From: Octopus vulgaris
Taxonomy: Eukaryota
Direction of reading: 5' to 3'
NCBI GenBank assembly: GCA_951406725.2
Contig: OX597814.1
Location: forward strand, 224,068,001-224,132,000
Length of the DNA: 64,000 nucleotides
Within the stretch, counting starts at the first letter, position 1. Every line of letters begins with the position of its first letter. Below are positions 50,961 through 64,000 of the stretch, piece by piece. A model generated the notes under the pieces. The model had not been told where the DNA came from. It worked only from the letters and a program-made list of their open reading frames with translations, and ran no database searches. A program made the position numbers and the translations under genes.

Positions 50961-51545
50961 AGGCGGCGAGCTGGCAGAAACGTTAGCACACCGGGCGAAA
51001 TGCTTAGCGGTATTTCGTCTGCCATTACGTTCTGAGTTCAAATTCCGCCGAGGTCGACTTTGCCTTTCATCCTTTCGGGGTCGATTAAATAAATACCAGT
51101 TACGCACTGGGGTCGATATAATAGGTTTAATCCGTTTGTCTGTCCTTGTTTGTCCACTCTGTGTTTAGCCCTTGTGGGCAGTAAAGAAATAGGTATTTCG
51201 TCTGCCGTTACGTTCTGAGTTCAAATTTCGCCGAGGTCGACTTTACCTTTCATCCTTTCGGAGTCGATTAAATAAGTACCAGTTACGCACTGGGGTCGAT
51301 ATAATCGACTTAATCCGTTTGTCTGTCCTTGTTTGTTTCCTTTCTGTTTAGCCCCTTGTGGGCAGTAAAGAAATAGGTATTTCGCCTGCCGCTACGTTCT
51401 GAGTTCAAATTCCGTCAAGGTCGACTTGGCCTTTCATCCTTTCGGGGTCGATAAATTAAGCACCAGTGAAACACTGGGGTCGATATCATCGACTGGCCCC
51501 CTCCCCAAACATTTCGGGCCTTGTGTCTAAAGTTGAAAAGAATAA
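50961..51545 (+). mobile_element. SINE family B head-to-tail trimer
   Basis: Units ~50961-51191, 51192-51375 and 51376-51545. Confidence 0.9.
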
Positions 51546-51785
51546 TGTTATAACTGATAAATCCTGTAACACACCGGTTGTTGCTTGTGATCCTTAACAC
51601 CTGTTTCTTTCTCAAAATAGTTGATGTTTGTTTATGTCCCCGAAAATATTTTCCGCTTCGCTAATCTGTAGCTTTCTCAATGGGTTTACATTTTGGTTTT
51701 CAGTTTACAACTGAGTCTTTTCTTCATTGCATCAAAACATTGCCGCATACCACTTTAACACTTTTGCTTTCTGTCAGAGTAATAA

Positions 51786-51826
<41 letters not shown>

Positions 51827-51827
51827 C

Positions 51828-51876
<49 letters not shown>

Positions 51877-54494
51877 ATTGATAAAATTATTTTCAGTCTG
51901 CTTTTCACTGATTGTCTTGAAATATGGATTTCAAATATTAACACAAAGCCAGCAACTCCGGATGAGGGGTAAGTCGAATGCATCAGCCCCAGTGCTCAAC
52001 TGGTACTTATTTCATCGACCCCGAAAGGATGAAAAGCAAAGTCGACCTCGGCAGAATTTGAACTCAGAATGTAAAGACGGAAGAAATGCCGCTATGCTAA
52101 GGTTTCTGCCAGCTCACCGCCATTATAGTCTTGAAATACTAACAGGATTCGATCAATTCTGAACATTTGTTAATGAAGTTAACAAAGATGAAAGTGAGAA
52201 AATATGGTAAAACCTGGAATCTAGAGAAAGTTGTGTTCATTTGTATTCGTAACAGTTCATCACTAAGCGGTGGAGAAGCTCAATTACTGTGAATAATGTA
52301 GACTCTAACGTAACGGGTCTTGCCCTCCGCCCCACACTGAGAAAACAGATGAAAGGTGGTGTTATCGCTTTCATTATAATAAATCGTTTCCATTTACTCG
52401 CCCAAGGCGCAAGCTGGCGAAATCATTAGCATATCAGACAAAAATGTTTAGCAGCATTTCTTTCGGTTTTTTACGTTCCGAGTTCAAATCCCACCGCGGT
52501 TAACTTTGCTTTTCATTCCTTTAGGGTTGATAAAATAAAGTACCAGTCGAGAACTGATGTCAATGTTAACTTCTTGTTCCCTTCTCTTCAAAATTTCTAG
52601 CCTTGAACCCTGTAAATGTTGTGATTTTGGTTACTTATACATCACGGAACCGGGGTAACCGGTCATAGGAGTACTAAAGCTTTAAAAAGATATATAAAAA
52701 AAGTAATGCACTTGCCAAATGCCTAAGCGACAATATCACTTATTTCTGTATTCTCAGACGAAGTCTAAGACTAGAAACGTTAGATTCTACACGCCTTAGT
52801 ACAATTTGAACCCACACAGCTCTCTTATGAACACGTCTAAAAATAAATAAATAAGTAAATAGAAAAAGTCGTCCTTTGTATGATACGTGTCGAAAATTTC
52901 TTTGTCCAGTTGAAGTGTCTGTAATTGGGAATGCTTTTGGTTTGAGAGATAAATATCCAGTAGCGATGTCAGAAAACATTGCAATGACAGATGTCATTGA
53001 ATTTATTGACTTCACTTAAGACCATGTCCTGCTTGTAAATATCATAAATGAGGTGTAAAAATAGTGAGATTTTAATCTGGCATATTTAGTAGTGAATGCT
53101 CAGTGATTTGATATCCGATCTTAACTGAGAACATACCGTATTTCCCCCGCCTTTCTTATTTTTTTCTGCTATGTATAGATAAATTTACTATGAAATGTAT
53201 ATGATATACCACATTGTGAATGAGTGTTGAGTAGATAAAGAAAACAGAACATCAGACTAGATACTTAACAGTATTTAGTTTCGAGTCACAGCGTTTTGGG
53301 TTCAAATACTGTCAAGATAGATTTCGTCTTTCATCACTAAAGGGTGCGTTAATTATAAAATCAGCGAGTTAATTCACTATGCCCAGCCAACACAAATGTT
53401 ATACACACATACTTGTGTGTGTGTGTGCTTAAAAGTTAACGGTGAAATGTATACACTATTGTTGATGAGTGCCGCAGGCAAAGAAGCATGTACTTGGCAA
53501 GCCAAGATCCTGTTTCAATCCATGGATGAAACCACTTCACCTCATTCACGCTGTTGATGCTCTCGGTAAAACAACAAGCGCTATAACTAGACCATTTACT
53601 CATTTAAATATATGCCGGGGTTGCCTTATACTAACAAATCAATATATTTGATACTGTTTATCAGGTTATAATTAACTTACTTGATTGTTTACCTGAACGT
53701 CGAAAATGAGCTGCTTTATCAAGCTAAATTTCAAAACTCTCAAGTCAACTAATTACAAAAACATCTCTTCAGTGTATCCCACTTCCAGGAGCTACCTTTG
53801 ACATAATGGGTTTTAGAATATTTTGTATAGACCCCTATCTATAAAAAACACGTGGCGTTGCTTCTCATTTCTAAGAAGGATAACAATCCATGATTAACAG
53901 TGTTTAGTTACAAGTCACAACGTTTTGGGTAGATTTCGTTTTTCATCACTATGGGGTGGATTAATTATAAAATCAGCGATTCAGTTCCCTATGCCCAACC
54001 AATACAAATGTTATATATACGTGTGTGTGTATGTGTGTAATTGTTTACTGTGAAATGTATGCAATATTGTTGATGAGTGCCGTAGGCAATACCGTCTTCA
54101 TCTCTAATATCAGCATTAAATGCTGATGTAAACTGGCTTAAACAGCCATTATCTTTTCCTTCTCAGTGAGCACCTATGCGGTTTCTTGCGGAGCCATATC
54201 TATCAGAAATCTTTTATCCTACATTACGAACCGGTGGGCGTTCAGCCTTTAATATCACAAAAAGCCGTCAAATGTTTCTTGCTCGAGAACTTCTGAACAA
54301 ATTTGTCTCATTATTCGCGTTCTCATCTCTTGAATCAGAAGTTTCCTCTCAAATCATGTATATGAAGTGTCCATCGATTGGAATTTCTCGGACGCTTCAG
54401 TATATCAATAACGTTCTCGTGACTTCTAACTCCTTATGCACAAGACATAACTACTCATTTCTCCTTAACGTACTGAAAACAGTCGTTATACATA

Positions 54495-54916
54495 CTCTCT
54501 TTACTCTTTTACTCTTTTACTTGTTTCAGTCATTTGACTGCGGCCATGCTGGAGCACCGCCTTTAGTCGAGCAACTCGACCCCAGGACTTATTCTTTTTG
54601 TAAGCCCAGTACTTATTCTATCGGTCTCTTTTTGCCGAACCGCTAAGTGACGGGGACGTAAACACACCAGCATCGGTTGTCAAGCAATGCTAGGGGAACA
54701 AACACAGACACACAAACACACACACATTCATATATATATATATATATACATATATACGACAGGCTTCTTTCAGTTTCCGTCTACCAAATCCACTCACAAG
54801 GCATTGGTTGGCCCGGGGCTATAGTAGAAGACACTTGCCCAAGATGCCACGCAGTGGGACTGAACCCGGAACCATGAGGTTGGTTAGCAAGCTACTTACC
54901 ACACAGCCACTCCTGC
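54495..54916 (-). mobile_element. SINE family A
   Basis: Full-length reverse-complement match to 34086-34490. Confidence 0.9.
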
Positions 54917-56448
54917 AACTCACGCTACTCTTTCATCACATTCATGAATCGAAGCCTCAAAAAAGGAACAGGATAATAGAGTACCATTTAAAAACAACAA
55001 GATATAATTAATAGCAGCACCAGAGAATTAAAATCGAATCACTTCATCTTCTCTATTCTTGAACAATACAAAACTAAAAGAAACTTAACGTTAAAAATAC
55101 CATATCTTACAATCTCTGACGATGTTTCACGGTGACAATATATCTACATTATTGACATAACAGTATTTCGAAAGATAGGCTTTTTGTGTGGGGCCGGAAA
55201 TTATAATCTGAAAGCGAATAGCTTCTTGGGAGAAGAATTCAAGAAAACACAGTTTATATCAGAGGCAATGTTGCAAAAGTAACGAATGTAGGAGAAGAAC
55301 TCAGAGTCTGGGTCATCATCCCAGATATAGTCTTCACTGACAATATCTAGGATGATGACCCAGCTGCATTAGCTAAATTTGTGTCTACTTTTATCATAAC
55401 TAAAAGATCAAATTGAGTGAGGTTATCTGAAATTATTAAGTATTTCGGTGGTGCAACAAGTGTGAGGACTTCTCAGCCGTTTGGCATGCCACTGTTAAAG
55501 TAGCCAAAAGGTGCCAGGTGGTGGTGCTAAACTGGGTGACGGATTGTCTATCATTCAAGTAAGCCATGGTGGGAAATCGCAAACAGCCGGAACAACTACA
55601 GAAAGGCATCCAGCCTGTCGTGTTTATAGCTCCGCCAATCCAACATCCTAGGCTGGTACTTTCTTTTATCGGCTCTGAATGGATGAAAGGTAAAGCTGAC
55701 CTCGGCAGGATTTAAAGTCAAAGCTCAGAGAGTCGGAACAAATCGCCTTTCTACTATAAACACAAGGCTGAAATTTAGAGGGAGGGGTCTTGTCGGTTAC
55801 GTCCACCCCAGTGCTCAACTAGTATTTAGAATATAGGAACAAACAGCACGAGGCATTCTCTCCGACACCTCGAACCCCTTTGCAAAATGGCCCATTGACA
55901 TCTGAAATACCTCAGCAGGGTTTGAACAAGAAATATAAAAGGACATAACTAAATACCGTCAGCTATTTGGCATGATTATGCTCCACTGGTCAGGTAGTCT
56001 TCTGAAAAAATGATTAATTGTAACAATTAATTTTTCCATAAATGCTAGAATGTATTTTTATTTTCTTGATATTTATCTATTTAGGAGAATGCGTATATGG
56101 CCAACAAGTTCACGTCACAACCACTTGGTTACGAGTTCGATAGCATTACGCGCCCTTTGAGCAAGCGTCTTCTAATATAGATTTGGTTCGACCAAAGTCT
56201 TGTTAGTGAAATTACGGAGATCGAATCTATGTGGAGGGCGTTAAACGAATCATTATAACTATAAAGCGAATGTCCAGCTTTATCAGGCACCATATCGGGT
56301 TGATTCCAGCAGAAGACTGCAATAGCGATGTAGGTGTTCGTGGAATACTCTGACATGCAAACTTTATTATTCAATGACTAGACAGTTCAGTTGATCGAAC
56401 AGCTTGGATATTCATTCTGACAGTCACTGAGATCCATATGTGTGTATT

Positions 56449-56481
<33 letters not shown>

Positions 56482-56526
56482 ATCTATGTCTATCTATGTC
56501 TATCTATGTGTGTGTGTGTATCTATG

Positions 56527-56565
<39 letters not shown>

Positions 56566-57714
56566 CTGTGTCTATCTATGTGTGTGAGTGTGATATAGAG
56601 AGAGCGCATAGCAATGTGTGGTTTGGCATTTAGAACTGAAACTTCAGGTCAGATTACAAATGTGAGTCACAAATACCCCACTCTATATACTTGTATATAA
56701 TTACCAAATATGACGTCATTGTACTTATTATTTACCTAATGTAGCGACATCAAATTATTTTTTCTTTATAGTACAACATATAAAAAAACCAAACTACATT
56801 TCCATATTCATTCACTCCCCCACTCTCTCTCTCTCTCTCATTCCCTCTCTTTCACTCTCACCATAGACACTCTCTCTTAATCTTTTTCTGTTGAATTAGC
56901 AAGATTCTTTTATTTATTTTTAAAATAAAATCTGTCTTTTCGGTTTGCTAAATTTTGAAACAGAATCAGAGCAAGCTACATACAATATTCCTGTTATATT
57001 CCTCCTGTTATATAAACTAAATTCTTCGGTTCTTTTCTTTTTCTTTTTTCTTTTATAATCCATTTTTACGTTATGATGGAAAGAACTGGAAACAGGAAAT
57101 TGTCGCGATGCACTTCTATCATGAGAAAAAAAACCAAAAGCTTGAAGTGCTAAGAAAAGAAGTCTTTATAAGTGGTTTTCACCCCACCCCAGCCCTGCTC
57201 CCACTCTTTCGCTACTTCATGGAAGTAGCGAAATCAGAAAAATTTACCCATCGACTTCTCTTGAACTTAAAAAAAAATACATGTTTAAAGAATTTAGAGA
57301 AAAATTTAGAAAATTATTGTTTAAACATTGCCATTTAATCTATCATAAGTTTATCTTCCACTTGTTTCATTCTTTGAACTGCGACCATGCTGGGGTATAC
57401 TGTCTCGAAGGGTTTTGCTGAGCAAATTGACCGCATCAGTTATTTAAAGGCTAGTATTTATTCTATCTGTCACTTTTTGCCGAACTGCTAAGTTACGGGG
57501 TTGTTCACAAACCAGTACCACTTCTCAAGTAGTGACAGTGAACAAACACACACACACACATACATTCATGCATACGTACGTTTGTGTGTATGTTTGTACG
57601 TATGGCTGTCTGTCTGTCTGTCTGTCTGTCTGTATGTATGTATGTCTGTTTGTATGTATGTATGAATGTATGTATGTATGTATGTATGTATGTGTGTGAG
57701 AGCCGAATACTCTC

Positions 57715-58022
57715 GCCACTAGAGTTTCGGTGCTTACGATCGTAAGATCTTGAAATTGATTCCCGGCGGCACGTTGTGTTCTTGAGCAAGACACTTTATT
57801 TCTCGTTGCTCCAGTCTACTCAGCTGGCATAAAAAGTTGAAACTGTAATTCAAAGGGCCAGCTTTATCATACTCTGTGTCACGCTGAATCTCTCAAAGAA
57901 CTACGTTTAAGGGTATGCGTGTCTATGGAGTTCTCAGCCACTTGCACATTAATTTCACGAGCAAGCTTTTGTTCAGTTGATCCTATCAACTGAAATTTTC
58001 ATCGTCGTAATCGACGGAGAGC
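57715..58022 (+). mobile_element. SINE sharing its 3' half with family C
   Basis: tcaaagggccagcttt...ctctgtgtcacgctgaatctc...tcagccacttgcac matches 10042-10210. Confidence 0.75.
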
Positions 58023-58273
58023 CAGGTCACCATTGCTTACTAATTTTTGATTCGATGTTAACCTTGTGATACTCACAACTTGACTGATAGATGAAGATGG
58101 TCTTTGAGACATAAGTATATCTGCTTTCTAATCACTACAGTGCAGTGCTACTAACAGCAGTCGAGTTAATAATCTTGTTACCTGGTTGTCCGGGCTTTTT
58201 GTTGAGTGTGATCATTTCTGTTTCTTCCTTCTGTTTTTGTTACTGTTGTTACCACTTCCGTCACTGATTGTGT

Positions 58274-58361
58274 TGTCGTCGTCGTCGTCGTCGTCTTCTT
58301 CTTCTTCTTCTTCTTCTTCTTCTTCTTCTTCTTCTTCTTCTTCTTCTTCTTCTTCTTCTTC
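58274..58361. repeat. (GTC)n(TTC)n compound microsatellite
   Basis: Seen directly. Confidence 0.95.
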
Positions 58362-58647
58362 CAATCAGGACTCACGCCATTAGCCACAAAAAAATAATCT
58401 CTAATTCGAGCCTACTCTAAGCTACTAAGAATGCGTGTGGCAACTTGAAGATCCACCCACCACACGCGATAGACTGGTGGTTGCACGGGCGCGAAAGCTA
58501 CGTTGTTATCCTCATTCCGTAAAGTGTGGCTTTTAACGGGTGGAGAGCTGAACCATCCTGGGGTACGGAGGATTCGCAATCTAGACTAGGGTCTGAAAGT
58601 TTACCACACCATAGTGGGTTACACCATGGTTCCTCTACTTTGTGGCA

Positions 58648-58835
58648 GAAGTAGGAAGAAAGACTGAAAGTTGTGGTGAAAGAGTACAGCGGGTTTCACC
58701 CCACCCCTAGCGGATCATCGAGGAGCTTAGGTATTTTTGCTCAATAAACACTCACAATGCCCGGTCTGGGAATTAAAACCGCGTTCTTACGACCGCGAGT
58801 CAGCTGCCCTAACCACTGGGTCATTGCACCTACAC
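58648..58835 (-). mobile_element. SINE family C, 5' part
   Basis: Reverse-complement match to 9841-10025. Confidence 0.8.
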
Positions 58836-59389
58836 TGTGTTGTTATTGATGTTATTACTAGATAGCTTGGAACCATTAGGGCCTGACATGGTAAATTTGC
58901 ATTTGTCGACACTTCAAATATCTCTTTCATTGCTGCATAAGTTGTTGTTTAAACCCAGACTAATAATGATCAGACGCATTGGAGCGCGACAATCTCATTG
59001 AAAGGTGGGATAGTGTATGTCGACTTACATTATCTAAAGCTAGCGAACCGTAAATCGATCCGGAAGTGAACATTTCTAATCAGTTGAATTCATTCATTCT
59101 GTAAGCCTTATTCTATTCTTCTTTCGTTAAGGTTATATTTATGGATCACTTCTATTCTTTAAACTGTATTCCGATAAAAGTAAATTCCTTAAGCGTTTTA
59201 ATCAAGCCATCGAATTTCATATTGATAGTGAATTATAGCAATTTAATATGATTATGCCACTGAACTCCTACAACAAAATAAAGTCATTTTCTAAAATCAA
59301 ATATTACGTATGTTGTAAGGTGACGGTAATGTGGAAATTTAACAGAAATGCAGGCTGGAATTTTGGGAGCTGCAACTGTAAATAGTAAT

Positions 59390-60230
59390 TTTAAATTTTG
59401 GCACAAGACCAGCAATTTCGGTGGATGGGGAAAGTCGATTACATCGAGTCCAGTACTCAACTGGTACTTATTTTATGAACCCCAGGAATGATGAAAGGCA
59501 AAGTAGACACCGACAGAAATTCAATCAGAACGTGAAGACAGACAAAATGCCGCCAAACATTTCGTCTGGCGTGCTAACAATTCCGCTAGATCACTGCCTA
59601 ATGCAACCGTAAATATTGAAGAACGAATGTATTGTATAATTCTTTATACTATAGGCACAAGGCCTAGTGGAATTTGACCTTAGGACGTATGACGGACAAA
59701 ATATTCTTTTCTACTCTAGGCATTTCGCCCGGCGCGCTAACGTTTCTTATTTCTTTACTGCCCACAAGGGGCTAAACATAGAGGGGACAAACAAGGACAG
59801 ACAAACGGATTATCGATTATATCGACCCCAGTGCGTAACTGGTACTTATTTCATTGACCCCGAAAGGATGAAAGGCAAAGTCGACCTCGGCGGAATTTGA
59901 ACTCAGACCGTAACGGCAGACGAAATACCTATTTCTTTACTCCCCACAAGGGGTTAAACACAGAGAGGACAAACAAGGACAGACTAACGGATTAAGTCGA
60001 TTATATCGACCCCAGTGCGTAACTGGTACGTATTTAATCGACCCCGAAAGGATGAAAGGCAAAGTTGACCTCGGCGGAATTTGAACTCAGAACGTAACGG
60101 CAGACGAAATACTGCTAAGCATTTCGCCCGGCGTGCTCACATTTCTACCAGCTCGCCGCCTAATGACGGACGAAATATTGCCAAGCAGGTTTCCTGGCAT
60201 GCTAACGATTCTGCCAGCTCACTGCCTTGA
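59390..60230 (-). mobile_element. SINE family B cluster including a head-to-tail multimer
   Basis: Old copy ~59390-59600; young units ~59747-59928 and 59929-60160; further fragments on both sides. Confidence 0.88.
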
Positions 60231-60577
60231 AAGTATTATGTGTCTCTACTCATTTCCAATTACTTTCACCAATTTCCAATGCTGTTCTTCCTCTTTTAAG
60301 ATGCTCGTGCAGTGGTTCTTTAAGTTATTCACTTCATGTTGCACTTGAAATCAAAAAAGAAAAAACTAAATGCTTTTCATATGGAAAGTTTAAAAAAAAA
60401 ATTTCTGAGATAAAAATTTAGCGAAAAAATAATTTATAGAATATTGTTGTTTACCTTGTTTTGATGATCATACTTGTATTATAATAAAATTATAAGCATG
60501 TTCATCAAGAAGGTCAAAAATATAAGTAGATTTCCTAAATCCTTAATTTATACTTTTTCAATCTATAGCACGTCTGG

Positions 60578-61480
60578 ATTAGTTCGTCCGTCGTTGTCGA
60601 CGATGACCAAGGACATCATACTGGAGAAGAAGACGGGGCATGGTGTGTCCGGCTGTGGTCAAATCAGTCCAATGCGTGCTCAGAAGGCTCTGTTGCAGGT
60701 TGGATACCAGTGGTTTGTTGGGGCTGAAAGCAAAGGAGTTGGCTCTGGACCTGCGTAGTTCGCATTTTCTTTGTGCCTATGCAATCCTGTTCTGTTTGTA
60801 GGAGGTGGCACGACTGTTGGTGCATTTGGGCGGCGTCTTGTATATGCGCTTCCCAAGTGTCTCCAAGTGGCTCAGAAACCTGGACGTTATCAAAGAAGCT
60901 TGAGAGGCGGTTGGATGGAACCTACACTCGCCTCCTTATGAGAGCTCAAAATCTCTCGTGGAAGCGTCATCCAACCAAAGTACAAATATATGGGAAACTA
61001 CCACCTGTGTCATCTCTTGTGAAAGGTAGGAGAGTCCAGTTTGCTGGACATTGTTGTAGAGCTGAAAAAGAGGTAATTTCTACTCTTCTCCTCTGGAAGC
61101 CATCTACTCGCAATACCAGAGGGCGCACACTCTCCTACCCTGATGTAATCTCTAGGGATACAGGCATCCAGCAACAGGACCTCCGTAATGCCATGACGGA
61201 CCGTGAAGTCTGGCGTAGCATGGTAAATTCCATTGTCTCGACCACGTTCGAACAATGATGATGATGATCCCAAGTGTCGGAGTTGATCTCAGAGTCCTTC
61301 AGCGAAGCTTTCAGTCTGTCCTTGAAGCGCTTTCTGTCCACCTTGCGCGCGCTTGCCTTCCGCAGTTCGCTGTAAAATAGTCTCTTGGAGAGTTGCGTAT
61401 CAGGGATTCGAACTAGGGGACCTGTCCACCAGACTTGCGCTCTCCTCAGCAGTGTGTCAATGCTAGATAGTGTTTATAAC
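60578..61480 (-). mobile_element. RTE-clade LINE 3' fragment (host of a nested insertion)
   Basis: Minus strand LFYSELRK...KRFKDRLKASLKDSEINSDTWE...CNRAF*ARIGLI; tail similar to 1-160. Confidence 0.8.
60862..61267 (+). mobile_element. 5'-truncated RTE-like LINE nested in another RTE
   Basis: GSETWTLSKKLERRLDG...FAGHC.R...DREVWR, (TGA)n tail, 11-bp TSD tcccaagtgtc at 60851-60861 and 61268-61278. Confidence 0.88.
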
Positions 61481-62579
61481 ATACCGGTGTGCTGCGGTGA
61501 ACCAATTGAGAATCACAGCGGTTAATGTGTGATTTGCGGGCTATTTAGCTACTATATTTTTATAGCAGACATGAAGGAACCAAAGGGAACCTTTTGAGCA
61601 CAGCGTAACAAGCCAACGAAAATTTTCAGCGTTTTGTATTTCATTGAATGGTGTCAATAGCCACGATTCTGTATACTCAAATAGCCCTGTTTACCTAGCA
61701 GTGGGTAACCATAAGGTAAACCTAGTCCCCTGTACTGTATGTGGATAACAGAGTTGAACGAATAAAAGTTACATTAACGTGTACAGTAGGCAACATATTT
61801 ACTCTTGAGTATGGTTTAAAAAGGGAGATAATCGACCAACTGGAGCTAACTTAACCGAAACAAAGCCTTCTGAGATGCCCTAATGGCGTAAAATGATAGG
61901 AGGATCAACATAAGCGCACATACATATGCGCACGCGATATGGTAAGGGCTGGCTATGCATTGCCATACGAAAATACACTCAACTCTGGCTGGTTCAGTTC
62001 ATGTTATAAATAAATAGGTACCGTAGTGAAGTACGTTTCACACCGTATGGGGGTGGAGACACATGTAACTGTTAACGGTGATTCGTAAAATTAAAGTACT
62101 GAATTCGATGCTGCTTTTGGGCAAATCTTGTGTCAATGATTAATTAGCGTGTGTATTACATTACAAGATCCGGCTATGTTACAGAGTATTATGTTAACGA
62201 TATTACTTTAGGGATCATTAGACAGGCTTATATTACAATGCAAACAGCACCTTACCATGGTAAAGAACGTAGGTCAAGAAATTCTAGGAGTCAAAGTTAG
62301 TTAACCCGAGTGCAGGCATGGCCGTGTGGTTAAGCGGTTCGCTTCGCAATCACATGCTTTCGGTTTCGATTCATATGCGCATATCTAAAACATGTGTCTT
62401 CTTTAATAACCTTGAGTAACTCCAAACCTTTTCAGTGAAACTAGATGATATAAGTCTGTAGGACTATACATATTCTTGATCGGTAGATTCACTCCATTGC
62501 CCAGTTTTTATACATTTACCAAGTTCTATTAAATTTTTAAAAAATTTAAGTTACCTTCTCGAGTTATACCAACTCTTAT

Positions 62580-62790
62580 ACCGGCTTCCCGGTTTGATGC
62601 GGTATGTATTCCTCACCTGGACAGGACGCCGGTCCATCTCAGGATTACTCATTTTTGCCAGATGAGTGGACTGGGGCAACTTGAAGTGAAGTGGTTTGCT
62701 CAAGAGCACAATGCGTCGCTCGGTCCAGGAATCGAAACAATCTTACGATCAAGAGTCTAACACACTAACCCCTAATCCACGCACCTCCCC
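62580..62790 (-). mobile_element. tRNA-derived SINE
   Basis: B box gtttcgattcctgg on the minus strand; similar to ~7530-8020. Confidence 0.7.
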
Positions 62791-63451
62791 AACAAAGTCC
62801 ACTCGGCTGAAAACATTACCAGCAGGTCTCTGCTTCGATCTTGATCTATTACTTCTTAGCAAAGTACTATTGAATTACGGACAAATCCAGATCAACATCA
62901 CTCCCCGATAAACCTCGTAACAAAACAAGACAATGTAACGCATAGCAAATCCATGCCTTGCTCTTACCAGCAACACAAGACAAATACAGCTTGCCATCAT
63001 CACACTCAACAACATCAACATATCTCGGACATATTTGGATATGCGTGAGGTACAGTTTGTTAGCGCAACATGCTTTCGCCCAACAGTCTCTATGAGTACA
63101 TGGAAAATCACCTCCAAAGAGACACATACTACGCGAGACAAAAGCAGAAAGCACACATGTACTATGATAACCGCAGCATCAATAGTCCCAGGAGCCCCGA
63201 ACATTGTGATGGGATGCACGCCACATAGAATAAAAGCGGAACAGCAACTATTTTGCTTTGACTAAGTCCACTTCGCCCGCTTCCGCAGCGATCACAACCA
63301 AAACCTGTAGACGTACAGAAATAGACTAGACAGGAGTGAATACAATATGTTCAGACTATCTCGGATTGCAACCCACACAACTCATTGCTGTATGTTTTTG
63401 GTGTACGGCGGGGTAGTATGGTCTTCTGGTAAGTTGAAATATTATATAACA

Positions 63452-63765
63452 TAATGCAAACGTGTAGCTTTTTTGTGCATTTTGTTTGCAGAAAATAAAG
63501 GAATAACAGTAATAACGGTAATAAATTATGCTTACTGCAAGTTATGGATAATTCTTTTATGACTTCATTGCTTTCAGGCTTAGCTTAAGATATTTTCGCG
63601 CCCGACATCACAAAATGCGTCTGAATAAACATTGTGGACAGCAAATAGAGACTCGGACATTGCTTAGAAAATAATTTTCATTTTTAATCTCGTATATAGT
63701 ACGCACTAGGGATTTTGACCTTTAAATTTTGGGGAAAAATGCGGATTATACTCAAGGATTTACGG
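63452..63765. mobile_element. Partial copy of the 42670-43139 MITE
   Basis: Near-identical to ~42828-43139, ends ggatttacgg followed by TA. Confidence 0.85.
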
Positions 63766-64000
63766 TATACATGCATGCATTCATCCATCTTTTTTTTCAG
63801 ATAAATTCAAAACTATTTTGCCCTTAATTATTATAAGTTTAAAAGCTTTATATTTATTTAGATTTATATATTATATAAATAAATTTTATAAACAAATATT
63901 TTTTTATGTCTAAATTTCTTTTCTTTTCTTATTTCATAAACTTTTATAATTTTCCCCAGTCTACCTTATTAACGTTGCAAACTTCATGTGAGCTCATCTT

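Noticed and set aside
50961-51545. CRISPR-like repeat array
   Set aside because: Units are ~185-230 bp SINE copies without unique spacers, and there are no cas genes in this eukaryotic context.
62867-63265. Cys-rich ORFs as a host exon
   Set aside because: Alternative-start ORFs with no family I recognise and no clear splice context; probably decayed repeat.

Overview
AT-rich, microsatellite-dense eukaryotic DNA. The tRNA-derived SINE families and (TA)n/(TG)n load look like an octopus or other coleoid cephalopod genome (inference). I can support only one host coding exon: a minus-strand exon (ATG 23370 or 22893, GT donor after 22446) encoding a signal peptide and the start of a laminin N-terminal (LN) domain, which matches laminin gamma (LAMC1/LanB2) better than netrin. 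No next coding exon is recognisable in the 22 kb to its left. The rest is transposon debris: several SINE families, CR1 and RTE fragments, two Dong/R4-like LINEs inserted in one (TAA)n tract, a near full-length dead hAT element, piggyBac, Tc1/mariner and GG-terminal MITEs, Helitrons, and Penelope-like ends. The most interesting signals are: (1) minimal hammerhead ribozyme motifs arranged as a perfect 76-bp palindrome at ~32.4 kb; (2) an open 159-codon extension ahead of the laminin signal peptide; (3) SINE multimers with a recurring junction; (4) MITEs carrying TTAGGG plus CCAAT/CRE motifs; (5) two isolated pre-miRNA-like hairpins. None is proven to be a new system. Family names come from my recall of motifs, not from database searches. 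Repeat boundaries without a TIR or TSD are approximate. Most short ORFs in the supplied track are microsatellite or SINE artefacts.
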